DNA from: Isurus oxyrinchus | Taxonomy: Eukaryota | DNA: 64,000 bases | Assembly: GCA_026770705.1 (NCBI GenBank) | Contig: JANJGN010000150.1 | Span: 1,054,001-1,118,000 of the forward strand | Direction: 5' to 3' | Shown: positions 63,988 to 64,000 of the stretch, piece by piece | How the letters are laid out: each line of letters starts with the position of its first letter | Numbering within the stretch: the stretch's first letter is position 1 | Program-made: the position numbers and the translations under genes | The notes under the pieces: generated by a model | The model's input: only the letters and a program-made list of their open reading frames with translations | Database searches by the model: none | What the model was told of the DNA's origin: nothing

Positions 63988-64000
63988 GTGTGTGTTTGTG

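Larger units (their letters stand above)
56915..64000 (+). repeat. Segmental duplicate of about 28905-35870 (TM exon, tail exons, 3' flank)
   Basis: Colinear similarity at an offset of about 28.1 kb running to the window end. Confidence 0.92.

Overview
Vertebrate genomic DNA, most likely a shark or other cartilaginous fish (inferred from its repeat families). It holds two tandem, intron-containing, + strand genes of the Siglec (sialic-acid-binding Ig-like lectin) family. Gene A (16-31388; its signal-peptide exon lies upstream of the window) has a canonical Siglec V-set domain with the essential Arg (YFFR), one C2 domain and 24 near-identical, intact 282-nt phase-1 Ig exons. That gives 26 Ig domains and about 2,570 aa, followed by a TM exon and a tail whose ITIM and ITSM-like motifs are put out of frame by a 1-nt insertion. 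Gene B (40353-59747) has a signal exon, a divergent V-set domain lacking the essential Arg (YYFY), a C2 domain, and an independent array of six ~1.7-kb exon units (4 intact, 1 frameshifted, 1 deleted). Its TM and tail are almost identical to gene A but keep LLYANI and TEYTLI in frame. A block of about 7 kb (TM, tail and 3' flank) is shared between the genes at an offset of about 28.1 kb, while their ectodomains are highly divergent. Most gene B repeat introns carry a sense-strand minimal type I hammerhead-ribozyme-like motif. The rest is CR1/L2-like LINE fragments, SINE remnants, a decayed PIF/Harbinger transposon, probable solo LTRs, a 33-bp minisatellite, CA/GA microsatellites and N gaps. 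All coordinates and comparisons were read by eye.
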